Assembly (NCBI GenBank): GCA_039621445.1
Contig: CP154954.1
Coordinates: 34,135,737 to 34,199,736 of the forward strand
Reading direction: 5' to 3'
From: Euglena gracilis
Lineage: Eukaryota
Length of the DNA stretch: 64,000 bases
Part shown: piece after piece, positions 23,572 through 34,500 of the stretch
Layout: every line of letters starts with the position of its first letter
How positions within the stretch are numbered: position 1 is the stretch's first letter
Made by a program: the position numbers and the translations under genes
Notes under the pieces: generated by a model
Told to the model about the DNA's origin: nothing
The model's database searches: none
Seen by the model: only the letters and a program-made list of their open reading frames with translations

Positions 23572-23838
23572 TTTCTTTACGGAAGGCTGTGCACGACCTC
23601 TTATGAGGTCTGATTTTTTACAGATTTGGGCCGAGTCACAGATTTGCACGTCACGCAGGCACGCACCCGACACACTGGACACACCTTGCGTAGAGCTCTC
23701 CTGGGATGGCAGATTTTTCATCGTGTTTTCACTCACACGAGATTTTTCTTGCCACCTGGGATTTGTGTATGTCTTTGTGTGGGGCTGGGTATGCGAGCCC
23801 GGGGCGGCTCCCGCCCCCAACGGTCCACCCCGTCTATC

Positions 23839-26800
23839 CTAGCAACGTTTTCCTTTCCCCCTTCCTTTGCCTTTGCCTTTTCCACCATCCTGGCCCTTTC
23901 CCCTAGACCAGTCATTTCCATTGTTTCCTTTCCCCCAAGAATTGTTTCCTTTGCCCTTTCCTTTGCCTTTGCCTTTGCCACCACCAGACTGTGAATCAAA
24001 ATTCTGTTGATTTGAGTGCCACCACTGATTTCCCTGAAAATTGGCATTGGCATTGGAATTCCACCCAGAATCATTTCTCCATCCCCCCCCCATTGCCAAA
24101 TTGAGATTGCTGGGGGGGTGGCAATGACTGTGATCGAACCACTGGCACTGGATTTTGCACGGGGGGGTTCACGTTTGCATTGGTCGCAGGAGCTGCCACC
24201 TGTGAATCTGATTTTCCAACGGACGGTTTTGCCACCGTTTCGCCCCCCTTTGCTGACCGTGTTGGGGAGGGTGTCCTGGACCCCTTGGCCCGATCTGCCT
24301 TAGCAGACCTGGCCCTCCGGTTTCCAAATGCATTTGGCTCCCTGGAACTGTGTATCATGTCTTGAGAATCCCTGGATGACAATTTTCGCTCAACAAAACG
24401 GAAAATTTCTTCACTTCCCATTTTTGGCTGTTCCTCCACAATTTTGATCCTTTTATCCGTGCCTGTGATTGGTTTCCCACTGACCTCTTTCAGTTTGTCG
24501 CAAATCGTAGTGTTGGGCAAAAAGACTTCGAACTCCAGCGGTGAAACTTTCGAAACCTTGCAGGGCTTTTCCCCAGTGACACGTTCCACAGCACAAATAA
24601 TGTTTTCCTCGGTTGCAGGCACTCCAGGGTACATTTTGACTTTCGGTCCACACGTTGATTTCCTTTCCTCCTCATCGGCGACCCAATGCAAAATGAAATT
24701 TGGCAGTTTTCCCTTGACCAGTCTTTCTTTCTGCCTCATCGTCAGTGGCGCTTTTCACCTGTCTCCAGGCTATTCTGAAATTTATGACAAAATCTCGCCA
24801 TTCCTGTACGGTAATTTTCCCTTGGTTCACGAGGTTCACATCATACCATTTTTTCTGGCACACTCGGATTGAGTTCCAGCATATTTCCCTTCAAGCCTGT
24901 CAAATTCCTCCTCGAAAGATGTTTTTCCTTTCAATTCGTCGAATGCAATTCCTTTTGATGGTCGCCCAGCGTTTATTTGTGCCTTCGAGCGTCATTGCAA
25001 AAAGCTGAAGCTTGAGTGAATCAGACATACGTCCATTTTGCAAAATAACCAACGTCCTGAAATATTGATCCCAATCCCGCACAAAGGACGACCAGTCTTT
25101 TGGCTGTCCAGAAAAATTTGGAGCTACCAGGTTTTTCATCAATTGATGTGTTGCCACTGCATTTGATGAAACCAGCCCTGCACCTGCAGGCACTGCCCCC
25201 ACAGGTCGTGCACAAACCTGCCTGACATGTGTCGCATGTGACCCTGGTTCAGCGTATTCATAGCCTTCAATTTCAACCGGATTTTTCTCGATCACAGGTA
25301 AATCGTTGTAACCAAAAAGATCAAACTCTTCGATTTCTGGGTTTCCAGCTGATTTTTTTTTCGTTTCGTTTGTCAGATCCACTGTCGCAGATTTGGCAGA
25401 TTCAGCTTGCTGATTTTTCATCACCAAAAACTCAGCCTGAAATAAATCCAGCTTTTGTTGCAATTTTTTCCGCTCCTGCTGTTCTTTAAAAAGTTCACTG
25501 GACTGCTGTTGCAGTAAAACTCCAACCTGCTGTTTCATCGAATTTTCCATTTCAGCCCGAACTTTCTCAAACTGCCCCTCCCTTTCACTCAGCCTCAACC
25601 TTTCCTGCAACATTTCACTGATAATGACCTCCAAATTCTTTCTCGTTTGCAGCCCCAACTCCCTTTGCACCTCCAACCGAATTGTTTCCTCACTCTTGTT
25701 AATCAGGTCACAGACTTTTTCAATGGGAAAATCTTTCCGACACTGAAAAAACTCCAAACTCCCCAAACGATCATTCAGAGCTTTGCTCTCTCTCTCTAGG
25801 GACTGTGACATTGCCTTCAATTTCTCAGCCTGTGCCTGAAAATTGGTACACTCAGTCTCCCTCAAACCTTTGCATTGCTGAAAAATGATCCCAAAGTGTT
25901 CCTCCAGACCAGAGCTTAGCTCACCGACTGCAGATTTGACCTGATTAACAGCAATTTCCTGCTGTTTTCCTTCTCCCCACTTGTTTGCACCACCACGTGC
26001 ATCTCCCCCAGATTTTCCCAAAAACCACAGCTTCTGAGAAAAATCCCTCTCATTTTTTCTCAACCCCTCAACCTGGGCCTCAAAAAACGAGTTAACTCCA
26101 TCCTCCACTTTCTTCACTTTTTCAGCAAACTGCCGTTCCATTTCCACACTCAACAAATGCCTTTGGCATTGGGCCAGATTTTGCACCATTTCACCATTTT
26201 GCTGAAACTGCAAAAGCAAGTCGCTTACGGTTGAACTCAGTTCAGCCTGAATTTCACGTTTCACCATGGCAATGTGATCAGCCATTCGCTGATCATGCAT
26301 GCCCAATGCCTCATTGACCAGATTCAATGTCTGCCCATGTGACATGGCCAATGCCCGATTTAGCCTGTTTTCTGCCTCCCCCACCAGATTTTCAGCCATT
26401 TTTGTTACGATTTTTTCCTTCCTGCACCAAAAGTCTGCCATGTAAACATTCAATTTTGCAACTGATTTCTTCACCCCAATTGTTCCAATCATCATCGGAT
26501 TGGCCATAGCCCGATTCCATTTCCACATCATGCTGATTTTCAGGGTTTTCGGACCCAGTTTTTGCAGAAAAACTGGTGTTTGGCTGTAAATTCTGTGGCT
26601 GGGTCTGTGGAAAATCTGGCTGAATTGGCTGAAAAATCTGGGCTGGGCCTGTGTTTGAAGACACTGTTAACGCTGGCTGAAAAACCTGCCCATGCATCTG
26701 GGCAGGTCCCATGTTTGCTCGAACAGATGACCCAGCCGAAAACTGCTGGGCTGGCTGAAAAAAACCTGTGAAGTCATCTGGGCTGGCCCCATGATTGCTG

Positions 26801-27383
26801 GAACAGATGACCCAGCCGAAAACTGCTGGGCTGGGTGAAAAACCTGCCCATGCATCTGGGCTGGGACAGATATCTCAGCCGAAAACGGCTGAGCTGGCTG
26901 AAAAACCTGCAGCTGGGCTGCAGCTGGCTGTGCTGACTGCGATTCTGAACTCAGTGTTAACAGCAATGGTTCTGGCTGGGCTGTTAAACACAAATTTTTT
27001 TGTTCTGGTCCTGGGCTGCTGTCTCGTGACGACACAGAAATTTGCTGAAAACCTGAAAAATTTACTGGCCACATGCCAGCAGCTTTCATTCTTTGCATAA
27101 CCATTTCCTGAATTATTGCGTTTTCAGCCTGTTTTTCTTCCTCTGTTTCGCTTTCGAAAGCTGGGGGGTCTGGTTCCTCGTCACTGCTGTGCAGTGGAAC
27201 CAGCTGTAAATTTTCTGGCCCTGCCACCGTGATGGGCCTTATGCATGTAATTGCCCCCCTCCCCGAATCAGAATCAGATTCTGATTCCTGTGTCGTTTCT
27301 GAAAATTCTGAAGACGATAAAGTTTCTGCAGCCTGAAAATTGTTTTCTGCCACAGATTCCGTCACGATTTGCAATGATGCCAC
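23839..27383 (-). pseudogene. gag: Long gag-like region broken into several frames (acidic/PAQ-repeat N-terminus, coiled coil, capsid-like segment, GK-rich basic tail)
   Basis: Consecutive minus-strand ORFs 26667-27383, 26392-26712, 24900-26531, 24672-24863, 24071-24739 and 23839-24099 lie between the PBS and pol. APNFSGQPKDWSSFVRDWDQYF resembles a retrotransposon capsid start. The call rests mainly on position. Confidence 0.65.
26630..26915 (-). repeat. Degenerate coding repeats (PAQMHGQVFQPA-like)
   Basis: GAACAGATGACCCAGCCGAAAACTGCTGGGCTGG at 26721 and 26801. AAACCTGCCCATGCATCTGGG at ~26682 and ~26840. Confidence 0.75.
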
Positions 27384-27519
27384 AGGTTCTGAAAACTGGG
27401 CTGCAAAAAACTCAGTTTCCTTTTCGTTCTGCCACAGATCTCAGAAAATTTTCACCACAATCTGAAACTCGGACAGATTGACCTGAAAACGAGCAGATTT
27501 CTGCAGATTCTTCTGAAAA

Positions 27520-27775
27520 TTCACAGACAACTGGGTTGGTGAAACTGCCTTCGTGTGCCATGTTTACCGGGTCTGATTTGTCATCAACTAAAACTGAAAC
27601 TTCTTCACTGACAGAGTCAGCGAAGTAGCCTCTGCGTACCATGTTCGCCGGATCTGAATAATCCTCACTGACGAAGTCAGTGAGCCAACCTCTGCTAACC
27701 ATGTTCAACGGATCTGAAAAATCCTCACTGACGAAGTCAGTGAGCCGACCTCTGCTAACCATGTTCACCGGGTCC
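27520..27775 (-). repeat. Tandem 60-bp repeats of the LTR-end/PBS junction (3 good copies plus 1 diverged)
   Basis: CA|TGG junctions at 27761/2, 27701/2, 27641/2 and 27560/1. They translate as DPVNMVSRG / DPLNMVSRG / DPANMVRRG / DPVNMAHEG. Confidence 0.88.
27745..27761 (-). promoter_or_regulatory. Primer-binding site TGGTTAGCAGAGGTCGG
   Basis: Starts with TGG immediately after the LTR-terminal CA. Resembles the complement of eukaryotic initiator tRNA-Met 3' ends (TGGTAGCAGAGG) with one extra T. The primer identity is not established. Confidence 0.72.
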
Positions 27776-28548
27776 GCCACCCCCGGGCCGCCGGTCGCCC
27801 CCGCGACCGCCGAGTCCCTTCGGGCCGAGGGCCCCGGGGGGTCCTCGCCGGTGGGGAGGACCACCGACAGGGGGGGTGGTGTTTCCGGGGTGGGGCCTGC
27901 GCTTTCTCCGGGGGTTGGTGGGCTCAAGTCAACCCCCGTTTTTTTCATCCAGGTGGTTTCCCCAACCCCAGCCGGTGCGCAGGATCGTTTTTTTAGCGGT
28001 TTCTGAAATTTTGCTGAAAATCGAAAAATCTGCCATTTGCATTACAAATCTCACTTCTCTCTCTCTCACACACACCTTGATGGCAAACCAACCCAAAGAC
28101 CAACCACCAACCAACCCACTTTGGGACTTTGAGACCTTGGATTGAGAAACCGAAACTGTGGAATGTCCAAATGGAATGTGACAAACCTGGGGTAAGGAGT
28201 GGTCGTCGGGGGTGAAAGCGGAGGCGAAGGTGAAGATATAGGAGGGTGGGCGGTGTTGTTAAAGGTTCCTTCAACAATTGACTTCAATGAATCAATGACC
28301 AACAATGAAACTCAGTTTGCAACTCCGATTCAAAGTCCAATTGCCAAATTCAATACAATAGTATTCTTGCCAAATATTGGGGAAAACCCCTCAAGTTCTG
28401 TGAAAATGACGAATTTGAAAGCGCAAACTAATTTGGACCCGCTTCTAATTTAAGTCGCGGTTTTTTTAACTGGTTGGCTGTTACCTGCGACTTTGAAATT
28501 TGCGCTTTCTGGCAATTTTTGGCTGCCGGCGAAAGCCGGCGGCCGACA
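27762..28548 (-). repeat. 5' LTR (787 bp)
   Basis: Near-identical to 15861-16653. Begins TGTTCACCGG and ends GGCCGACA on the + strand. Adjacent to the PBS. Confidence 0.95.
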
Positions 28549-31500
28549 GCCGGCGCAGCCGATTTCGGCCGAAAATGGCCAAAAAAAGACGTTTTTGGGG
28601 GCGTCCGTTACTTACGTGATATTTTTCCGCCTCCCGGCGGTAACGGCTGCGTTTTACGCACGCCCGCCGCGGGCAAAATTGCGGCTATCCGCCCGCCGCC
28701 CTTCGCAACAGTTAGGTAAAGGATCGCCGACCTCTAGCCGGGGCAGAGCGCTCGTTTTTGGAGCGCCGGCGCAGCCGATTTCGGCCGAAAACGGCCGAAA
28801 ATGACGTTTCTGGGGGCGTCCGTTACTTACGTGCTATTTTGGTACTTCCGGGCGGTAACGGCTGCGTTTTACGCACGCCCGCCGCGGCAAAATTGCGGCT
28901 ATCCGCCCGCCGCCCTTCGCAACAGTTAGGTAAAGGATCGCCGACCTCTAGCCGGGGCAGAGCGCTCGTTTTTGGAGCGCCGGCGCAGCCGATTTCGGCC
29001 GAAAACGGCCGAAAAATGACGTTTCTGGGGGCGTCCGTTACTTACGTGCTATTTTGCGCCTCCCGGGCGGTAACGGCTGCGTTTTACGCACGCCCGCCGC
29101 GGGCAAAATTGCGGCTATCCGCCCGCCGCCCTTCGCAACAGTTAGGTAAAGGATCGCCGACCTCTAGCCGGGGCAGAGCGCTCGTTTTTGGAGCGCCGGC
29201 GCAGCCGATTTCGGCCGAAAACGGCCGAAAAATGACGTTTCTGGGGGCGTCCGTTACTTACGTGCTATTTTGCGCCTCCCGGGCGGTAACGGCTGCGTTT
29301 TACGCACGCCCGCCGCGGGCAAAATTGCGGCTATCCGCCCGCCGCCCTTCGCAACAGTTAGGTAAAGGAGCGCCGACCTCTAGCCGGGGCAGAGCGCTCG
29401 TTTTTGGAGCGCCGGCGCAGCCGATTTCGGCCGAAAACGGCCGAAAAATGACGTTTCTGGGGGCGTCCGTTACTTACGTGCTATTTTGCGCCTCCCGGGC
29501 GGTAACGGCTGCGTTTTACGCACGCCCGCCGCGGGCAAAATTGCGGCTATCCGCCGCCGCCCTTCGCAACAGTTAGGTAAAGGATCGCCGACCTCTAGCC
29601 GGGGCAGAGCGCTCGTTTTTGGAGCGCCGGCGCAGCCGATTTCGGCCGAAAAATGACGTTTCTGGGGGCGTCCGTTACTTACGTGCTATTTTGCGCCTCC
29701 CGGGCGGTAACGGCTGCGTTTTACGCACGCCCGCCGCGGGCAAAATTGCGGCTATCCGCCCGCCGCCCTTCGCAACAGTTAGGTAAAGGATCGCCGACCT
29801 CTAGCCGGGGCAGAGCGCTCGTTTTTGGAGCGCCGGCGCAGCCGATTTCGGCCGAAAACGGCCGAAAAATGACGTTTCTGGGGGCGTCCGTTACTTACGT
29901 GCTATTTTGCGCCTCCCGGGCGGTAACGGCTGCGTTTTACGCACGCCCGCCGCGGGCAAAATTGCGGCTATCCGCCCGCCGCCCTTCGCAACAGTTAGGT
30001 AAAGGATCGCCGACCTCTAGCCGGGGCAGAGCGCTCGTTTTTGGAGCGCCGGCGCAGCCGATTTCGGCCGAAAACGGCCGAAAAATGACGTTTCTGGGGG
30101 CGTCCGTTACTTACGTGCTATTTTGCGCCTCCCGGGCGGTAACGGCTGCGTTTTACGCACGCCCGCCGCGGGAAAAATTGCGCCTATCAACAGTTAGGTA
30201 AAGGATCGCCGACCTCTAGCCGGGGCAGAGCGCTCGTTTTTGGACCGCCGGCGCAGCCGATTTCGGCCGAAAACGGCCGAAAAATGACGTTACTTACGTG
30301 CTATTTTGCGCCTCCCGGGCGGTAACGGCTGCGTTTTACGCACGCCCCCCCGCGGGCAAAATTGCGGCTATCCGCCCGCCGCCCTTCGCAACAGTTAGGT
30401 AAACGAGCGCCGACCTCTAGCCGGGGCTGAGCGCTCGTTTTTTGGGGTGCCGGCGCAGCCGATTTCGGCCGATAAACGGCCGAAAGATGACGTTTCTGGG
30501 GGCGTCCGTTACTTACGTGCTATTTTGTACCTCCAGGGCGGTAACGGCTGCGTTTTACGCACGCCCGCCGCGGGCAAAATTGCGGCTATCCGCCCGCCGC
30601 CCTTCGCAACAGTTAGGTAAAGGATCGCCGACCTCTAGCCGGGGCAGAGCGCTCGTTTTTTGGAGCGCCGGCGCAGCCGATTTCGGCCGAAAACGGCCGA
30701 AAAATGACGTTTCTGGGGGGGTCCGTTACTTACGTGCTATTTTGCGCCTCCCGGGCGGTAACGGCTGCGTTTTACGCACGCCCGCCGCGGGCAAAATTGC
30801 GGCTATCCGCCCGCCGCCCTTCGCAACAGTTAGGTAAAGGATCGCCGACCTCTAGCCGGGGCAGAGCGCTCGTTTTTGGAGCGCCGGCGCAGCCGATTTC
30901 GGCCGAAAACGGCCGAAAAATGACGTTTTGGATGGCGTCCATTACTTACGTGCTATTTTGCGCCTCCCGGGCCGTAACGGCTGCGTTTTACGCACGCCCG
31001 CCGCGGGCAAAATTGCGGCTATCCGCCCGCCGCCCTTCGCAACAGTTAGGTAAAGGATCGCCGACCTCTAGCCGGGGCAGAGCGCTCGTTTTTGGAGCGC
31101 CGGCGCAGCCGATTTCGGCCGAAAACGGCCGAAAAATGACGTTTCTGGGGGCGTCCGTTACTTACGTGCTATTTTGCGCCTCCCGGGCGGTAACGGCTGC
31201 GTTTTACGCACGCCCGCCGCGGGCAAAATTGCGGCTATCCGCCCGCCGCCCTTCGCAACAGTTAGGTAAAGGATCGCCGACCTCTAGCCGGGGCAGAGCG
31301 CTCGTTTTTGGAGCGCCGGCGCAGCCGATTTCGGCCAAAAACGGCCGAAAAATGACGTTTCTGGGGGCGTTCGTCACTTACGTGCTATTTTGTGCCGCCT
31401 GGGCGGTAACGGCTGCGTTTTACGCACGCCCGGCGCAGGCAAAATTGCGGCTATCCGTCCGCCGCCCTTCGCAACAGTTAGGTAAAGGAGCGCCGACCTC

Positions 31501-34500
31501 TAGCCGGGGCAGAGCGCTCGTTTTTGGAGCGCCGGCGCAGCCGATTTCGGCCGAAAACGGCCGAAAAATGACGTTTAGGGGGGAAGCGGGTACTTACGTG
31601 CTATTTTGCGCCTCCCGGGCGGTAACGGCTGCGTTTTACGCACGCCCGCCGCGGGCAAAATTGCGGCTATCCGCCCGCCGCCCTTCGCAACAGTTAGGTA
31701 AAGGATCGCCGACCTCTAGCCGGGGCAGAGCGCTCGTTTTTGGAGCGCCGGCGCAGCCGATTTCGGCCGAAAACGGCCGAAAAATGACGTTTCTGGGGGC
31801 GTCCGTTACTTACGTGCTATTTTGCGCCTCCCGGGCGGTAACGGCTGCGTTTTACGCACGCCCGCCGCGGGCAAAATTGCGGCTATCCGCCCGCCGCCCT
31901 TCGCAACAGTTAGGTAAAGGATCGCCGACCTCTAGCCGGGGCAGAGCGCTCGTTTTTGGAGCGCCGGCGCAGCCGATTTCGGCCGAAAACGGCCGAAAAA
32001 TGACTTTTCTGGGGGCGTCCGTTACTTACGTGCTATTTTGCGCCTCCCGGGCGGTAACGGCTGCGTTTTACGCACGCCCCCCCGCGGGCAAAATTGCGGC
32101 TATCCGCCCGTCGCCCTTCGCAACAGTTAGGTAAAGGATCGCCGACCTCTAGCCGGGGCAGAGCGCTCGTTTTTGGAGCGCCGGCGCAGCCGATTTCGGC
32201 CGAAAACGGCCGAAAAATGACGTTTCTGGGGGCGTCCGTTACTTACGTGCTATTTTGCGCCTCCCGGGCGGTAACGGCTGCGTTTTACGCACGCCCGCCG
32301 CGGGCAAAATTGCGGCTATCCGCCCGCCGCCCTTCGCAACAGTTAGGTAAAGGATCGCCGACCTCTAGCCGGGGCAGAGCGCTCGTTTTTTGGAGCGCCG
32401 GCGCAGCCGATTTCGGCCGAAAACGGCCGAAAAATGACGTTTCTGGGGGCGTCCGTTACTTACGTGCTATTTTGCGCCTCCCGGGCGGTAACGGCTGCGT
32501 TTTACGCACGCCCGCGCGGGCAAAATTGCGGCTATCCGCCCGCCGCCCTTCGCAACAGTTAGGTAAAGGATCGCCGACCTCTAGCCGGGGCAGAGCGCTC
32601 GTTTTTGGAGCGCCGGCGCAGCCGATTTCGGCCGAAAACGGCCGAAAAATGACGTTTCTTGGGGCGTCCGTTACTTACGTGCTATTTTGCGCCTCCCGGG
32701 CGGTAACGGCTGCGTTTTACGCACGCCCGCCGCGCGCAAAATTGCGGCTATCCGCCCGCCGCCCTTCGCAACAGTTAGGTAAAGGATCGCCGACCTCTAG
32801 CCGGGGCAGAGCGCTCGTTTTTGGAGCGCCGGCGCAGCCGATTTCGGCCGAAAACGGCCGAAAAATGACGTTTCTGGGGGCGTCCGTTACTTACGTGCTA
32901 TTTTGCGCCTCCCGGGCGGTAACGGCTGCGTTTTACGCACGCCCGCCGCGGGCAAAATTGCGGCTATCCGCCCGCCGCCCTTCGCAACAGTTAGGTAAAG
33001 GATCGCCGACCTCTAGCCGGGGCAGAGCGCTCGTTTTTGGAGCGCCGGCGCAGCCGATTTCGGCCGAAAACGGCCGAAAAATGACGTTTCTGGGGGCGTC
33101 CGTTACTTACGTGCTATTTTGCGCCTCCCGGGCGGTAACGGCTGCGTTTTACGCACGCCCGCCGCGGGCAAAATTGCGGCTATCCGCCCGCCGCCCTTCG
33201 CAACAGTTAGGTAAAGGATCGCCGACCTCTAGCCGGGGCAGAGCGCTCGTTTTTGGAGCGCCGGCGCAGCCGATTTCGGCCGAAAACGGCCGAAAAATGA
33301 CGTTTCTGGGGGCGTCCGTTACTTACGTGCTATTTTGCGCCTCCCGGGCGGTAACGGCTGCGTTTTACGCACGCCCGCCGCGGGCAAAATTGCGGCTATC
33401 CGCCCGCCGCCCTTCGCAACAGTTAGGTAAAGGATCGCCGACCTCTAGCCGGGGCAGAGCGCTCGTTTTTGGAGCGCCGGCGCAGCCGATTTCGGCCGAA
33501 AACGGCCGAAAAATGACGTTTCTGGGGGCGTCCGTTACTTACGTGCTATTTTGCGCCTCCCGGGCGGTAACGGCTGCGTTTTACGCACGCCCGCCGCGGG
33601 CAAAATTGCGGCTATCCGCCCGCCGCCCTTCGCAACAGTTAGGTAAAGGATCGCCGACCTCTAGCCGGGGCAGAGCGCTCGTTTTTGGAGCGCCGGCGCA
33701 GCCGATTTCGGCCGAAAACGGCCGAAAAATGACGTTCTTCGGGCGTCCGTTACTTACGTGCTATTTTGCGCCTCCCGGGCGGTAACGGCTGCGTTTTACG
33801 CACGCCCGCCGCGGGCAAAATTGCGGCTATCCGCCCGCCGCCCTTCGCAACAGTTAGGTAAAGGATCGCCGACCTCTAGCCGGGGCAGAGCGCTCGTTTT
33901 TGGAGCGCCGGCGCAGCCGATTTCGGCCGAAAACGGCCGAAAAATGACGTTTCTGGGGCGTCCGTTACTTACGTGCTATTTTGCGCCTCCCGGGCGGTTA
34001 CGGCTGCGTTTTACGCACGCCCGCCGCGGGCAAAAATGCGGCTATCCCCCCGCCGCCCTTCGCAACAGTTAGGTAAAGGATCGCCGACCTCTAGCCGGGG
34101 CAGAGCGCTCGTTTTGGAGCGCCGGCGCAGCCGATTTCGGCCGAAAACGGCCGAAAAATGACGTTTCTGGGGGCGTCCGTTACTTACGTGCTATTTTGCG
34201 CCTCCCGGGCGGTAACGGCTGCGTTTTACGCACGCCCGCCGCGGGCAAAATTGCGGCTATCCGCCCGCCGCCCTTCGCAACAGTTAGGTAAAGGATCGCC
34301 GACCTCTAGCCGGGGCAGAGCGCTCGTTTTTGGAGCGCCGGCGCAGCCGATTTCGGCCGAAAACGGCCGAAAAATGACGTTTCTGGGGGCGTCCGTTACT
34401 TACGTGCTATTTTGCGCCTCCCGGGCGGTAACGGCTGCGTTTTACGCACGCCCGCCGCGGGCAAAATTGCGGCTATCCGCCCGCCGCCCTTCGCAACAGT

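Larger units (their letters stand above)
15861..28548 (-). mobile_element. Full-length Ty3/Gypsy LTR retrotransposon with chromodomain and two methyltransferase-like domains
   Basis: Direct LTRs, TGTC...GACA termini, GCCG duplicated at 15857-15860 and 28549-28552, PBS, PPT, and PR-RT-RH-IN domain order (integrase after RT/RH indicates Ty3/Gypsy). Confidence 0.96.

Noticed and set aside
23850-23985. Assigning the host to dinoflagellates from GKGKG repeats and the retrotransposon DNMT
   Set aside because: Suggestive only. The window contains no taxonomically diagnostic host sequence.
27660-27745. Hammerhead ribozyme (CTGACGA...GAAA on the + strand)
   Set aside because: CTGACGA is sequestered in a perfect local hairpin, stems II and III cannot be drawn convincingly, and it is antisense to the element.
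16511-28453. Plus-strand ORFs within the element, ORFs within the LTRs and ORFs in the nested insert
   Set aside because: They are antisense shadows or low-complexity translations with no recognisable motifs.
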